This document shows positions 12,850-25,884 of a DNA stretch of 64,000 nucleotides, one piece after another. The stretch spans positions 7,356,304 through 7,420,303 of the forward strand of contig NC_090418.1 of the NCBI RefSeq assembly GCF_036365525.1. The letters run 5' to 3'. This DNA is from Heterodontus francisci. Taxonomy: Eukaryota. The notes beneath the pieces are model-generated. The model was not told where the DNA came from, searched no databases, and saw only the letters and a program-made list of their open reading frames with translations. Made by a program: the position numbers and the translations under genes. Position 1 is the stretch's first letter. Each line of letters begins with the position of its first letter.

Positions 12850-15800
12850 CATGAAACATAGAAAATAGGGGCAGGAGTAGGCCATTCGGCCCTTCGAGCC
12901 TGCTCCGCCATTCATTATGACACAGGCGACACAGTGGCGCAGTGGTTAGCACCGCAGCCTCACAGCTCCAGCGACCCGGGTTCAATTCCGGGTACTACCT
13001 GTGTGGAGTTTGCAAGTTCTCCCTGTGTCTGCGTGGGTTTCCTCCGGGTGCTCCGGTTTCCTCCCACATGCCAAAGACCTGCTGGTTGATAGGTAAACTG
13101 GCCATTAACAATTGCCCCTAGTATAGGTAGATGGTAGGGAAATATAGGGACAGGTGGGGATGTGGTAGGAATATGGAATTAGTGTAGGATTAGTATAAAT
13201 GGGTGGTTGATGGTCGGCACAGACTCGGTGGGCCGAAGGGCCTGTTTCAGTGCTGTATCTCTAAACTAAAACTAAACTAAACTATGATCATGGCTGATCA
13301 TCCAACTCAGTAACCTGTTCCCGCTTTCGCCCCATACCCTTTGATCCCTTTAGACCCAAGAGCTATATCTAACTCCTTCTTGAAAACGTATAATGTTTTG
13401 GTCTCAACTGCTTTCTGTGGTACTGAATTCCACAGGCTCACCACTCTCTGGGCGAAGAAATTTCCCCTCATCTCAGTCCTGAAAGGTTTACCCCGTATCC
13501 TTAGACTATGACCCCTGGTTCTGGACTCACCCATTATCGGGAGCATCCTTCCTGCATCTAAACTGTCAAGGCCTGTTAGAATTTTATAGCTTTCTATGAG
13601 ATCCCTCCCTCACTCTTCTGAACTCCAGCGAATATAATCCTAACCAACTCAATCTCTCCTCATACGCCAGTCCTGCCAGGAATCAGTCTGGTAAACCTTC
13701 GCTGCAGTCCATCTCCTTATCATCCTTCCTCAGATAAGGAGACCAAAACTGCACACAATATTCCAGGTGTGGCCTCACCAAGGCCCTGTATAATTGTAGC
13801 AAGACATCCCTGCTCCTGTACTCGAATCCTCTCGCTATGAAGGCCAACATACCATTTGCCTTTTTTACCGCCTGTTGTACCTGCATTCTTACCTTCAGCG
13901 ACTGGTGTACGAGAACACCCAAGTCTCGCTGCATATTCCCCTCTCTCAGCTTATAGCTATTCAGATAATAATCTGCCTTCCTGTTTTTGCCACCAAAGTG
14001 GATAACCTCACATTTATCCACATTATACTGCATCTGCCATGCATTAGCCCACTCACTCAACTTGTCCAAATCACCCTGAAGCCTCTCTGCATCCTCCTCA
14101 CAACTCACCCTCCCACCAGTTTTGTGTCATCTGTAAATTTGGAGATATTACATTTAGTTCCCTCATCTAAATCATTAATATATATTGTGAATAGCTGGGA
14201 TCCTAGCACCGATCCCTGCAGTACCCCACTAGTCACTGCCTGCCATTCGAAAAAAAAACATTTATCCATACTCATTGTTTCCTGTCCGCCAACCAATTTT
14301 CTATCCATCGTTATACAGTACCCCCAATCCCATGCGCTTTAATTTTACATGCTAATCTCTTATGTGGGACTTTGTCGAAAGTCTAAATAAACCACATCCA
14401 CTGGCTCCCCCTCATCAACTCTACTAGTTACATCCTCAAAGAATTCTAATAGATTTGTCAAGCATGATTTCCCTTTCATAAATCCATGCTGACTCTGTCC
14501 GATTCTACCACTGTTCTCCAAGTGCTCTGCTATAAAATCTTTGATAATGGACTCTAGAATTTTCCCCACTACCGACGTCAGGCTGACTGGTCTATAATTC
14601 CCTGCTTTCTCTCTACCTCCCTTTTTAAATAGTGGGGTTACATTAGCTACCCTCCAATCTGTAGAAACTGTTCCAGAGTTTATAGAATCTTGGAAGATGA
14701 CCACCAATGCATCCACTATTTCTAGGGCCACTTCCTTAAGTACTCTGGGATGCATACTATCAGGCCCTGAGGATTTATCGCCTTCAATCCCATCAATTTC
14801 CCCTACACCATTTCTCTACTAATACTGATTTCTTTCAGTTCCTCCCTCTCACTAAGCCCTGTGTTCCACAGCATTTCTGGGATGATATTTGTGTCCTCCT
14901 TTGTGAAGACAAAGTAGGCATTTAGTTGGTCAGCCATTTCTTTATTCCTCACAATAAATTCCCCTGTTTCTGACTGTAAGGGACCTACATTTGTCTTCAC
15001 CAATCTTTTTCTCTTCACATACCTATAGAAACTTTTACAGACAGTTTTTATGTTCCCCGCAAGCTTGCTCTCGTACTCTATTTTCCCCTTCTTAATCAAT
15101 CCCTTGGTCTTCCTTTGCTGAATTCTAAACTGCTCCCAATCCTCAGTTCCGTTGTTTTTCCTGGCAAATTTGTATGCCTCTTCCTTGGATCTAATGCTAT
15201 CTCTACTTTCCCTTGTAAGCCATGGTTTGACTACCTTTCCCGTTTTACTTTTACGCCAGACAGGGGTAAACAATTATTGCAGTTCATCCATGCGCTCTTT
15301 AAATGTTTGCCATTGCCTATCCACCGTCATCCCTTTAAGTAACGTTTCCCAATCCGTCATGGCCAACTCGTGCCTCATACCTTGATAGTTTCCTTTACTA
15401 AGTTTCAGGACCCTTGTCTCAAAATCAACTACGTCACTCTCCATCTTGATGAAGAATTCTATCATATTATGGTCACTCATCCCCAAGGGGGCTCGCACAA
15501 CTAGATTGTCAATTATTCCTCTCTCATTACACAATACCCAGTCTAGGATGGCCTGTTCTCTAGTTGGTTCCTCAACACATTGGTCCAGAAAACCATCCCG
15601 TATACACTCCAAGAATTCCTCCTCTACGGTATTGTGACTAATTTGATTTGCCCAATCTATATGCAGATAAAAGTCACCCATAATTACAGATGTTCCTTTA
15701 TCGCATGCGTCTCTAATTTCCTGTTTAATACCTTTCCCAACATCACCACTACAGTTTGGGGGTCTATATACAACCCCCACTAACATTTTTTGCCCCTTAG

Positions 15801-16295
15801 TGTTTCTCAGCTCTACCCAAACAGATTCCACATCGTCAGAGCCAATATCTTTCCTCACTATTGCGTTAATTTCCTCTTTAACCAGCAATGTAACTCCACC
15901 GCCTTTTGCTTTTTGTCTGTCCTTCCTAAATACTGAATATCCCTGGATGTTCATTTCACATCCCTGGTCACCCTTGCAGCCATGTCTCCATAATCCTGAC
16001 TATATCAGACCCGTTTACATCTATTTGTACGATTAATTCATCCACTTTATTGTGAATGCTCTGCGCGTTAAGGCACAAAGTCTTAAGGCTTGTCTTTTTA
16101 ACATTACTTGTCCCCTTCCCACTATGATTCACTGTGGTCTGTTTGATTCTGGCCCTTGATTTCTCTGTCTATCACTTTTCTTATTCCCCTTACTGTCTTT
16201 TGTTCTTGTCTTTGATCCTCCCCTCCTCTGACTCCTTGCAAAGGTTCCCATCCCCCTGCCATTTTAGTTTAAACCCTCCCCAACCACTCTAGAAA
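12850..16295 (-). mobile_element. CR1 LINE ORF2 (endonuclease + RT), degraded, interrupted by a SINE
   Basis: VGVVYRPP, SDHNMIEF, NYRPVSLTS, QHGFMKGKSCLTNL, FTDDTK, RPHLEYCVQFWSP fragments. Confidence 0.93.
12924..13282 (+). mobile_element. HE1-type SINE nested in CR1
   Basis: tRNA-like head GGCGCAGTGGTTAGC...GGGTTCAATTCC, CR1-derived 3' end, (CTAAA)n tail, apparent TSD TATGA. Confidence 0.85.
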
Positions 16296-16879
16296 ATGCA
16301 ACAGGGTGTGCAACACACCCTTAAAGATGGCATCATCCTAACGTCTGATGACCTGTGTCCTAAGTTGCACCAAGTGCCGATCACTCATCACTTACTGTGC
16401 TCGCTGACCTACACTGGCTCCCAGTTGAGCCACATCTTAAATTTAAAAATTCTCATGCTGATGTTCAAATCCCTCCATGCCTTCTCCCCTCCCTATCTCT
16501 GTAACCTCCTCCAGCTCCACAACCCTCCGAGATCTCTGCGCTCCTCCAATTCTGGCCTCTTGCACATCCCCGATTTTAATTGCTGCACGGTTGGCTGTCG
16601 TGCTTTGAGTTTCCTGGGCACCAAGCTCTGGGATTCTCTCCCTGGCCCTCTCCACCTCTCACTTCTCCTTTAAGATGCTGCTCTTTGAACAATTTTTGGT
16701 CGTGTCTCCTGTAAGACTTATATGGTAAGGTGTACAATTTTGTTGATAATTGCTCCTGTAAAGCACTTTGGAATGTTTTATGAAGATAAAGGCACTACAT
16801 AAATGCAATGTGTTGTGGTACATACAGCAGCCTCAGTGCGCTGCCCCAGGAAACCTCCCGACACCAGATGTGTGATGAG

Positions 16880-17005
16880 TATTTTAAGGAAGTAAATGTG
16901 GTTTACAACTGCCACTGCAGGAGCAGTTATATTGTGGTCAGATGTGGACAGGGAAACATAAAGAATTCTCACCCAAGTAAAGGCAACATAAATCATCCTT
17001 TGTCC
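16880..17005 (+). promoter_or_regulatory. Putative lymphoid-type promoter of gene 3
   Basis: AGGAAGT (ETS), TGTGGTTT and TGTGGTC (RUNX), CAGATG (E-box) and CATAAA motifs within 130 bp upstream of the ATG at 17006. Confidence 0.4.
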
Positions 17006-17069
17006 ATGATGCTGAAAGCCCTCAATCCTCTCTGTACCTGGACATGCTGCATTGCTCTACTTGCTACAG
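17006..17069 (+). CDS. Gene 3 exon 1: signal peptide MMLKALNPLCTWTCCIALLAT(G)
   Basis: ATG, hydrophobic leader and phase-1 donor CAG|GTAAGG. Confidence 0.55.
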
Positions 17070-17269
17070 GTAAGGTGGGTTCGGCCGTGATCCCTACTGC
17101 TATGTAATTGTCTCCATTTGCACCGTCTAGAGAGCCAGCTTGCTAACAGCGGTGATTCAAGATTCAGGAGATTAACTCAGGAGAGTTTAGAAACCTTCCT
17201 GGTGATCAGAATAGTCTATAGGGATGTGGGTCTCAAAGGGGCACAGTGATCGTCAGAAACTGGTGGGGA

Positions 17270-17490
17270 GTGAGCACAGAGAAGGGAGCAAGAGAGAGAG
17301 ATAGGGGAAGAGAATGAGAGGGAAAGAGAGAGGAGGGAGGAAAGGAAAGAAGGGAGAGAGAGAAAGAGGGAGAGAGGACAAGAGAGAAAGACAGCGAAAG
17401 AGAAAGTGAAGAAAACGACAGAGAAGAGAGAAACAGACCAATTGGGAACAATACAAAAAGTGAAAAGCGAGAGAGAGACACACACACAAG
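17270..17490. repeat. GA-rich low-complexity tract
   Basis: Purine-rich simple sequence. Confidence 0.85.
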
Positions 17491-17950
17491 CGAAAGAGTA
17501 AGTTCCCTCAATGACAGCACAGAGAACAGTTTGTTATCTTTACGGCTGTCACTGAGTTGCTTGGTAGAATAGAACAGAGCTTCCATTTGGAGAACGGCTG
17601 GGTAGCAACCTATGGCAGGAATGCACTTGGCCTGACTTACAGTCTGGGCTGAGTATTTCCAACTCTTGAATAGGTTCTTGTTAACACTTAGTAATTACTG
17701 GGCAAGGAGCAAGCCACTTCTGTGGTAGTGTTCCTATCTCTGCGTCAAAAAGCAACAAGTTCGAGCCCTACTCCAGACACTCCTAGAAGGTGAAGACTAG
17801 AATAGAGTCCCTGAAACTCAATATCCAATGAAGGAGGGATAAGGGTTCGGCTACTGTCCCACCCACTCCCCGACATCTGCATCACATGTGGGATTTCCAG
17901 CTGGAAGCGACAGTATACAGCGACAATGTCGCCCACATTTCTGTCTCCAC

Positions 17951-18844
17951 TGTTATGACCAGGTGAGAAGGGGTCTAGGGGTTCCCTCTCAGCCTTTGCC
18001 TGGTTTAACCGTAACAGGGTTTAATTTCAAAACACCGTGCTTTTAGCTCTCCCCTCGGTGAATCCCTGTTCACTGCTCGAATTGTAAGGCAAAGAAATTA
18101 AACAGGTTTCCTTAAATTTAAACAAGAAAGATAGAGGTTTATTAATCTTAAACTCTAATCTGGTTAATGACTACGAATATGCGAAGCAACCACACTAGCA
18201 TGCATGCGGGATAAACACACACGCAGATCGAGACAGAAAAAGTCGAAGGAATAAAGAGGAAAGGTTTGAGGCAATATTTGGTAGTTACAGTTCTTTAAGT
18301 TCAATGTGAAGTTTTGGTTGCCAGTAAGTCTTGCAATTCGTTGGGGTCCAGTTCACGCTTCAACTTGTTCTGATGTCGGAGTCTTTTCTATCTTGAGGTT
18401 TACGTGTCTTCCGTGGGTTGGGGAGAAAGCGGGAGAGAGAGCCAGCCAGGCGAGAGATATTCTTGTTCCAGCTTCAATTGCACACTGCCTTCTGAATTCA
18501 AACTGTCCTGTGGCTAGTTCAAAAAACCTGGACCAGGCAGTTAGTCATATGACCAGCTGGTTTAACCAGTCCTGGCTCTGTGGATTGTATCATCTTAGCA
18601 GGGCCTGGAATGCGCTTCCTTACACCTTCAACGTCTGGTGATCAAAATCCATTTGGGTTAATGGGAGCAGGGAATAATCCTTTGTCTCCACAAGCAGCGT
18701 CTCTTATTATGCAAATGTCCTTCCAGCCCAGTGTCTGGTGATCTTCAAACAAGTCATTACTTCACTCCAGCAACAGTTTAAAATCAATGTTCACATTACA
18801 AAATTAATATGCCTCAATCTTGGCAGGTGGGGGTCTGCATGACA
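17951..18844 (-). mobile_element. Probable solo LTR (about 0.9 kb)
   Basis: Begins TGTTATG and ends CATGACA (TG...CA with short inverted termini); AATAAA on the minus strand near 18138; TSD not clean. Confidence 0.55.
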
Positions 18845-18899
18845 CTCCCAATGCCTCACCTTCCATCTCCTCTAATTTTCTCCTCCAATCACTGATGCA

Positions 18900-19360
18900 G
18901 TTTAGCCAGGGTGGTTCAGTTGGTAACATTCTTGTTTCTGAGTCACAAGGTTCTGGATTCAGGTCCAATGCTAGAACTTAAACACAAAAATCAAGACTGA
19001 CACTGCAGTGCATTACTGCATTGTCAGTGTTGCTGTATTTTGGATGAGATTTTAAACTGAGGCCCCGTCTGCCCTCTCAGGTGGACATAAAAGATCCCAT
19101 GGCTACTTTTTCGAAGAAGAGTAGGGGAGTTCTCCCCGGTGTCCTGGGGCCAATATTTACCCCTCAATCAACATCACAGAAACAGATTACCTGTTCATTA
19201 TCACATTGCAGTTTGTGGGAGCTTGCTGTGTGCAAATTAGCTACCGGGTTTCCTACATTGCAACGGTGATGACCCTTCAAAAATATTTCATTGGCTGTAA
19301 AGCTCTTTGAGATGTCCGGTGTTCATGAAAGGCACTATATAAATGCAAGTCTTTCTTTCT
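18900..19360 (+). mobile_element. Deu-domain/SacSINE-type SINE
   Basis: tRNA-like head, central GTTTGTGGGAGCTTGCTGTG segment, L2-type tail ...TATATAAATGCAAGTCTTTCTTT; related copies at 12050-12415, 30240-30510, 34130-34430, 47100-47340 (-) and 56860-57146 (-). Confidence 0.75.
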
Positions 19361-19579
19361 TTAGTTTCTGGTAGGCTATGGAGATTCCACCTTCTACACC
19401 CCTCCCTTCACACTTCCAAGTTGACTGTCCCCAATCAGTTCATGTCCTTCTCGGATTCATTCATTTTATTTGCAATGAAGATCTCGAGTAATTTCCCTGT
19501 TGCTGACGTTATGTGGACCAGTCGATAACTGCCTGGTCGAATAGAACTGTAAACTATTCCACGGCGTTGGGAGTGCATC

Positions 19580-20100
19580 TGCATCTGTGTGCATGCAACC
19601 TTATTCGAATGAGTGCATCTGTTTAGTGTGTGTTCGTGTATTTGTAAAGGTGCATGGATGCAGATTTCTATATGTGTGCGTGCATGTGTGTGTTTGTGTG
19701 TCTGTGATGGTGTGTGTGTTGTCTATGTGTTTATCTCTGCATGTGCGTGTGTGTAGTTGTGTCTCTGTGTATGTCTGTCATGTGTCTGTGTGTCTTTGTG
19801 TGTGTTTGTGTGTCTCCTGCTGTGTGCATGAGTGCATGTGTCTGTCTGTAACTGTCTATGTGTGTGTCTGTGTGTTTATGTCTGTGTGTGTGTATTTGTC
19901 TATATGTGTGCGCGTATGTGTTTATGTGTGTGCGCACATGTATGTGTGTGTCTCTCTCTCTGTATGTGTGGGCGTATGTGTGTGTAAGTGTCTGTGCATC
20001 TGTATGTGTGAATGTGTCTGGATGTGATTGTGTGTGTATATGTGTGTCTGTGCGTGTGTCTATGTGTGTGTGTGTGTCTAAATTTCTTTCTGTGTGTTTT
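19580..20100. repeat. Degenerate (TG)n microsatellite
   Basis: TG-rich simple repeat; the Cys/Val ORFs are artefacts. Confidence 0.9.
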
Positions 20101-20908
20101 CCAATGATCTAGATACAGAAAACATGCTGCTCAGACATTTCAATGAAGAATATATACTTTCCTCTTCAAAGAAACCTCATCGAATCAGATCACCATCACT
20201 GAGAGACTAGGTGGAGCCGAAACTCTGTCATTAATCTATCCTCCCAACTACTATCTCTCTTTTCACTTTCACCCCATCCATCTGTCCACTCCCTCTCTCT
20301 CTATCTCCCCCTCCTCTGTCTCTATATATCAGTCTCTCCACCACCTCTTCACTCTCATACTGCTTGCTCAGTATCTAGTCCTAAATGAGCCACCATTTCC
20401 TTCAGCTTAGCACTGGGCAGATTGAAGGCCTCATTCCGAAACTGTTCCCTTGCCAGAGACTCCAGCCCACTTCCCAGCCCCTTTCTCAGGCTGTTCACAA
20501 CCTTCAACTATTTATCCAGTTCCCTTTTAAAAAGTTATTACTGAATCTGCTTCCACCGCCCTTTCAGGCAGCGCGTTCCAGATCACAACAACTTGCTGCG
20601 TTAAAAAGAAATTCTCCCAATCTCCCCCACCACCGCCCCCCCCTCTCTGGCTCTATTGCCAATTATCTTAAATCTGTGTCTTTCTGGTTACCGACCCTCC
20701 TGCTACTGGAAACAGTTTCTCCCTGTCAGCTCTACCAAAACCCTTCATAATTTGGAACACCTCTATTAAATCTCCCCCTGACCGTCTCTGCTTCAGTTAC
20801 TGGCTTCACGCACAGTGCAGTTCGGGTTGTGAGTGGAAGGAAGTGGGTGTGTTACTATATGGAGTGTCAAGGCATCATTGCCCATCTAACATTGTATTTT
20901 GTTTCCAG

Positions 20909-21036
20909 GAGGTGGGCCCAGTGTTGCATCTCCAATGAGAGTGCTCCACCTATCATTACACTTTATAACCCTGCTTCTGTTTGTCGTGATCACATCTTTC
21001 CTGATCACTTCCTGGAAGAGAAAAAAAATCAAGTGA
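20909..21036 (+). CDS. Gene 3 last exon: TM and short tail GGGPSVASPMRVLHLSLHFITLLLFVVITSFLITSWKRKKIK*
   Basis: CTAAC branch point (20886), pyrimidine tract and CAG acceptor, phase 1 matching the leader; about 22-aa hydrophobic stretch, basic stop-transfer, TGA; AATAAA at 21338. Confidence 0.6.
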
Positions 21037-21437
21037 CAAAGCATCGCCTTCAGAGCGTGTGAATCTTGCTGGAGAGTTGGTATGTTGGACATCCAGGGGA
21101 GTTAAGGGTTAATAATCGTGTCTGGAAGCCACCAACTTCCCAAGATGAACCGGACGGCTTTGAAGTGCCAGGTAGTGGCCTTACTTGTCTTCTGCTTACG
21201 TGTCTGACTGTTATATTCAAGAAGTGCGAGGGAATATGTGACAGTAATGACACCAACCATGAGAGATTAAGGTCTAATCTTAGTATCTAAGCGTAGGTAG
21301 AGGGAACCATTAACTATAATATAGAAAGATAAGGGTTAATAAAGCCTGTTCTACAAAGATTTCAAGAACAGTTATGTCAAGATGTCTTGTTTGAGGGATG
21401 TAGCGCTGGGTTATTTATTTGAATGGTCAGTCCTCAA

Positions 21438-22695
21438 TGTCATGTCTTACTAACTTAATTGAATTCTTTGAGGAAGTAACAAGGAGGATTGATGAGGGTA
21501 GGGCAGTGGATGTGGTCTACATGGATTTTAGTAAGGAATTTGACAAGGTCCCACATGGCAGACTGGTCAGTAAAATGAAAGCCCATGAGATACAGGGGGC
21601 TGTGGCAGGTTGGATCCAGAATTGGCTCAGGGCCAGGAAACAAAGGGTAGCAGTTGACGGATGTTTTTGTGAATGGATAGCGGTTTCCAGTGGTGTTCCA
21701 CAGGGCTCAGTGTTGGCTCCCTTGCTCTTTGTGGTATATATTAATGATTTGGACTTAAATGTGGGAGGCATGATTGGGAAATTTGTAGATGGCACAAAAA
21801 TTGGACGGGTAGTTGATAGAGAAAAGGATAGCCGTGGACTCCAGAATGATATCAATGGTTTGGTTGAGTGTGTGGAAAAGTGGCAAATGGAATTCAATCC
21901 GGAGAAGTGTGAGGTAATGCACTTGGGAAGGGCAAATAAAGCGAGGGAATACACAATAAACGGGAGGATATTGATAGGGGTAGACCTTGGAGTGCATGTC
22001 CACAGGTCCCGGAAGGTGGCAGTACAGGTAGATAAAGTGGTGAAGAAGGTAGATGGAATGCTTTCCTTTATTGGCCGAGGTATAGAATACAAAAGCAGGT
22101 ATGTGATGCTGGAACTGTATAAAATGCTGGTTAGGCCACAGTTGGAGTATTGCGTACAGTTCTGGTCACCATATTACAGAAAGGACATAATTGCTCTGGA
22201 GAGAGTACAGAGGAGATTTATAAGAATGTTGCCAAAGCTTGAAAGTTGCAGATACGAGGAAAGATTGGATAGGCTGGGATTGTTTTCCTTAGAACAGAGG
22301 AGGCTGAGGGGTGACTTAATAGAGGTGTACAAAATTATAAGGGGCCTAGACAGAGTAGACAGGAAGAACCGGTTTCCCCTAGCGGAGAGGTCAATTACCA
22401 GGGGACACAGATTTAAGGTGATTGGTAGAAGGATTAGAGGGGACATGAGGAAAAACTTTTTCACACAGAGGGTGGTGGGTGCCTGGAATTCACTGCCAGG
22501 AATGGTGGTGGAGGCGGAAACCCTCAATTCTTTTCAAAGGTACTTGGACATGCACCTGAAGTGCTGTAACCGGCAAGGCTATGGACCAGGTGCTGGAAGG
22601 TGGAATTAAATCGGGCGGCTAGTTTTCGGCTGGCACAGACTCGACGGGCTAAGTGGCCTCCTTCTGTGCTGTAATTTTTCTGTGGCTCTATGGTT
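21438..22695 (+). mobile_element. 5'-truncated CR1 LINE RT and 3' end
   Basis: 396-aa ORF with SCLTNL, PQGSVLAP, mutated FADD (FVDG), RPQLEYCVQFWSP. Confidence 0.93.
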
Positions 22696-22849
22696 CAAAG
22701 GATTTAGCAATCGATACATCGTGAGGTCTTATCTATGACATGTTCCTTTGATATATGATATATAAGGGAGCATGGTTTTCAAAAGTTCTTTGGTGGGCTC
22801 AAGAGGGAGATAAACAAAACGACACTCTGTACATACTGCTCGTGATACA

Positions 22850-23750
22850 ACGGCAGGTGGTATTGTAAGCAGTGTAGATGGAAGCATAACATTACAAAGA
22901 GATAGTGATAGATTGAGTAAATAGGCAAAACGGTGGCAAATGGATTTCAATGTGGGCAAATGTGAGGCGTGACTTTGGACCTAAAAAGGATAGAACAGGG
23001 CACTTTCTAAATGGTGAAAAGCTAGAAACAGGGGAGGTCTAAAGAGAACTGGGGTTGGTGGGGGGGGCGGGGGGGGTCCAGATACACAGATCATAAAAAT
23101 GTCATGAACAGAGACTGAAAATAATCAAAAAGGCTAGTGGAACGCTGACCTTAATATCTCAAGGACTAGAATACAAGAGATTGGAAGTTATGCTTCAGAT
23201 ATACAAAACCCTGGTTAGATCACACCTGGAGTTACCGAGAGCAGTTCTGGGTACCACACCTCAGGAAGGATATATTGGCCTCGGAGGGAGCGCAGTGTAG
23301 GGTTACCAGGATGATACCTGGACTCCAGGGGTTAAGCTATAAGGAACAATTACACAAACTAGGGTTGTATTCCCTGGAATTGATGTAGATTTCACGTTAT
23401 TACAGAAACGGATAGGGTAGATAGAGAGAAAACTATTCCCGCTGGTTGGGGGAGTCTAGGACGAGGGGGCACAGTCTAAAAATTAGAGCCAGACCTTTCA
23501 GGAGTGAAATTAGGAAACACTTCTACACACAAAGGGTGATAGAAGTTTGGAACTCTCTTCCACAAATGGCAAATGATGCTGGATCAATTGTTAATTTTAA
23601 ATCTGAGATTGATAGATTTTTGTTAATCAAAGGTGTTAAGGGATATGGGACAAAGGTGGGTATCTGGAGTTAGGTCACAGATCAGCCATGATCTCATTGA
23701 ATGACGGAACAGGCTCGAGGGGCTGAATGGCCTCATCCTGTTCCTATGTT
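22850..23750 (+). mobile_element. Degraded CR1 3' fragment
   Basis: ESRTRGHSLKIR..FYTQRVIEVWNSLP. Confidence 0.85.
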
Positions 23751-23959
23751 GGGTTGATCTGGGTATCTATAAAGTCTATTTCATGTTCTTCACCATCGAG
23801 TGTCTCGTGCTTACTCGAAAAATCTTATTGCCAACCAGAGGATGAGAGGTTGGCTGACCGCTGAGTGTTAACAATGATAAGTATGAGTGCAAGTGTAAAA
23901 CAGTGAGTTTAGATGTAGTGAATGTCAGTGTCAGAGTGAGTGTGAGCAGGAGCCCATGT

Positions 23960-24130
23960 GTCTAAGTGTCCGGCAGCTTAATCCAGGATTTCTTGAGTGG
24001 CCTTGGGCACATTCCAACAGTTGTTGGGAAAGAAAACCTCCCTCCGTGCGCTGACCTCCTCCACCAGGACGTCCTGGGAAGCCCCTGGCAGCAGTCCTGT
24101 GTCCTGCCATTGCCAACAGAATTGAGTCCA
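23960..24130 (-). mobile_element. Possible Harbinger-type Myb/SANT ORF remnant
   Basis: Frameshifted MAGHRTAARGF / DVLVEEVSARREVFFP resembles the N-terminus of Harbinger Myb/SANT (NAIF1-like) proteins. Confidence 0.35.
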
Positions 24131-25884
24131 CTCTGCTTCAGCGAAACTTGATCGCAGGGAGCGTGACCTCGGGTGAAGAGGCGCGCCTCGGTCTGAACAG
24201 GCCGCTGGACATCGCGCTGGGAAAGCTGCCACGTGACCCCGTCTCCCTCCAAACCCCGGACAGCCGGTCCCCGTCAACCAGATCGAAATGAGGCCCGGGA
24301 GTTAAAACCCCTCCGGGCCTCGCCCGGGAGACATCACGAGGGCTTCCGATTCTCCCTGCCCGGCCCACTCTGATTCGCACCGGGAATTAAGATTGAGGGA
24401 GGTGAGGGAGGAAGAGTGCGCCAGGGTGGAATGGGAGCATCACTGAGAGGGCTGGTGAGTGAGCAGATGTGACTGTGAGCATGCGCAGGAGGGACTTTGA
24501 CAAGATGCCATTACAGGAGACCACTGAAGTAGGTTAAAGGGATCGTCACTGAGGGGAGAGAAGTTAATTGGACGAAAGGCTGGTTCAAAAGGAAGGAGCA
24601 GAGAGTTGGTGTTGAGAGGAGTTTCTCAGAATGGGTTGGAGTTGTTAACAGCGTCCCACAGGTTTCCGTTCTGGCACCATGTCTATTCGTGGTGAGAATT
24701 AAGACTATGGTGGTCTTCCCCAGGACTGTACGACTGAGAACCACACGGGGCAGCAGCCACTGACTGGACCATAAGTGTGTTCGGCATTTTATTGGCTTTT
24801 CAACCTTTTTGTTTCATTAATCAAACGGATTTCAGTTCAACAGATCACAGAGACCAGGAACCCTTGCACCCAGGAATTAAGGAACAATGACGGTGAAAAA
24901 GACAACAAAGAGATGAATCTAAACCCTGTGGCTTGGCCAGCCGAGGGACGATGGGGGAGAGGAGGGGGACGGGTGGCAGCGAAGGGCGGGGGGCTGTGCC
25001 GACAATTCAGCCGGTTTGTGGGCAGGGAGTGACTGAATCGCTCCCGTCTGGGAGTGTCCAAGTTTCTACCTGCGTTAGCTCCCCTCAGTCCGACTACCAG
25101 AAGTGTCACAGTTGTCCTTTGTCCTGGCCCATATCGCAGAGAGCCAGCACAGACACGACAGGCCGAACGGCCTCCTTCTGCACTGTAAACATTCTGCGAT
25201 TCTATATTTATCCCTCAACCATCCTGGATTCCCCAGGTCCTGCAACGCCAGGTTAACGACTGAGAATAAGAGCCCTGGGAGGTTCGATGATACACAAACT
25301 GTCTCTCTGCATGGTGTATTTCACTTCGATGCTTTGGCCTGGTTGGGATCTTGGCTCATGATTTTAACAAAAACTGGCTTTGAAAGACTTTGTGCTTTTA
25401 TTATCGAAATTAACCACCGTGTAAGGTTATAAATCACGTTACAGCCTGACTAATCTGTATCTTAACTCCAGCGACCAGTCTTGGTTTCATAAACCTTAAT
25501 TCACCTTCCTAACTAAAAAGTTAGCAATGGATTGGTGAGACCAATAGCATAGCCGCATTTAAGAGGAAGCTGGATAAACACTTGAGGGAGAAAGTTATAG
25601 AGTGGTATGCTGATGGGGTGAGTTGAAGAGGGGTGCAATTAGGCTCATGTGGAGCATAAACACCAGCACGGAGATGAAGGGCCGAATGGCCTGTTTCTGC
25701 TGTGTCAACTCGATGTAGTTCTATGTAATAACCACCCACCTAATCTCCTTCCTCAGCTCCTGTCAACTGTACCCTATCACGGACTGATTTCATTTCCTGA
25801 GGCCCTTCCCAAAAGATGGAACCTTTTTGTTTCATGGCTGACCTACCTTCCATCTTTCACCCTCCTTAGTTTCCCTTCGAACAA

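Noticed and set aside
12924-13000. tRNA gene
   Set aside because: tRNA-derived SINE head continuing into SINE body and tail
21419-22609. Functional or domesticated reverse transcriptase (396-aa ORF)
   Set aside because: 5'-truncated CR1 with the catalytic FADD mutated to FVDG
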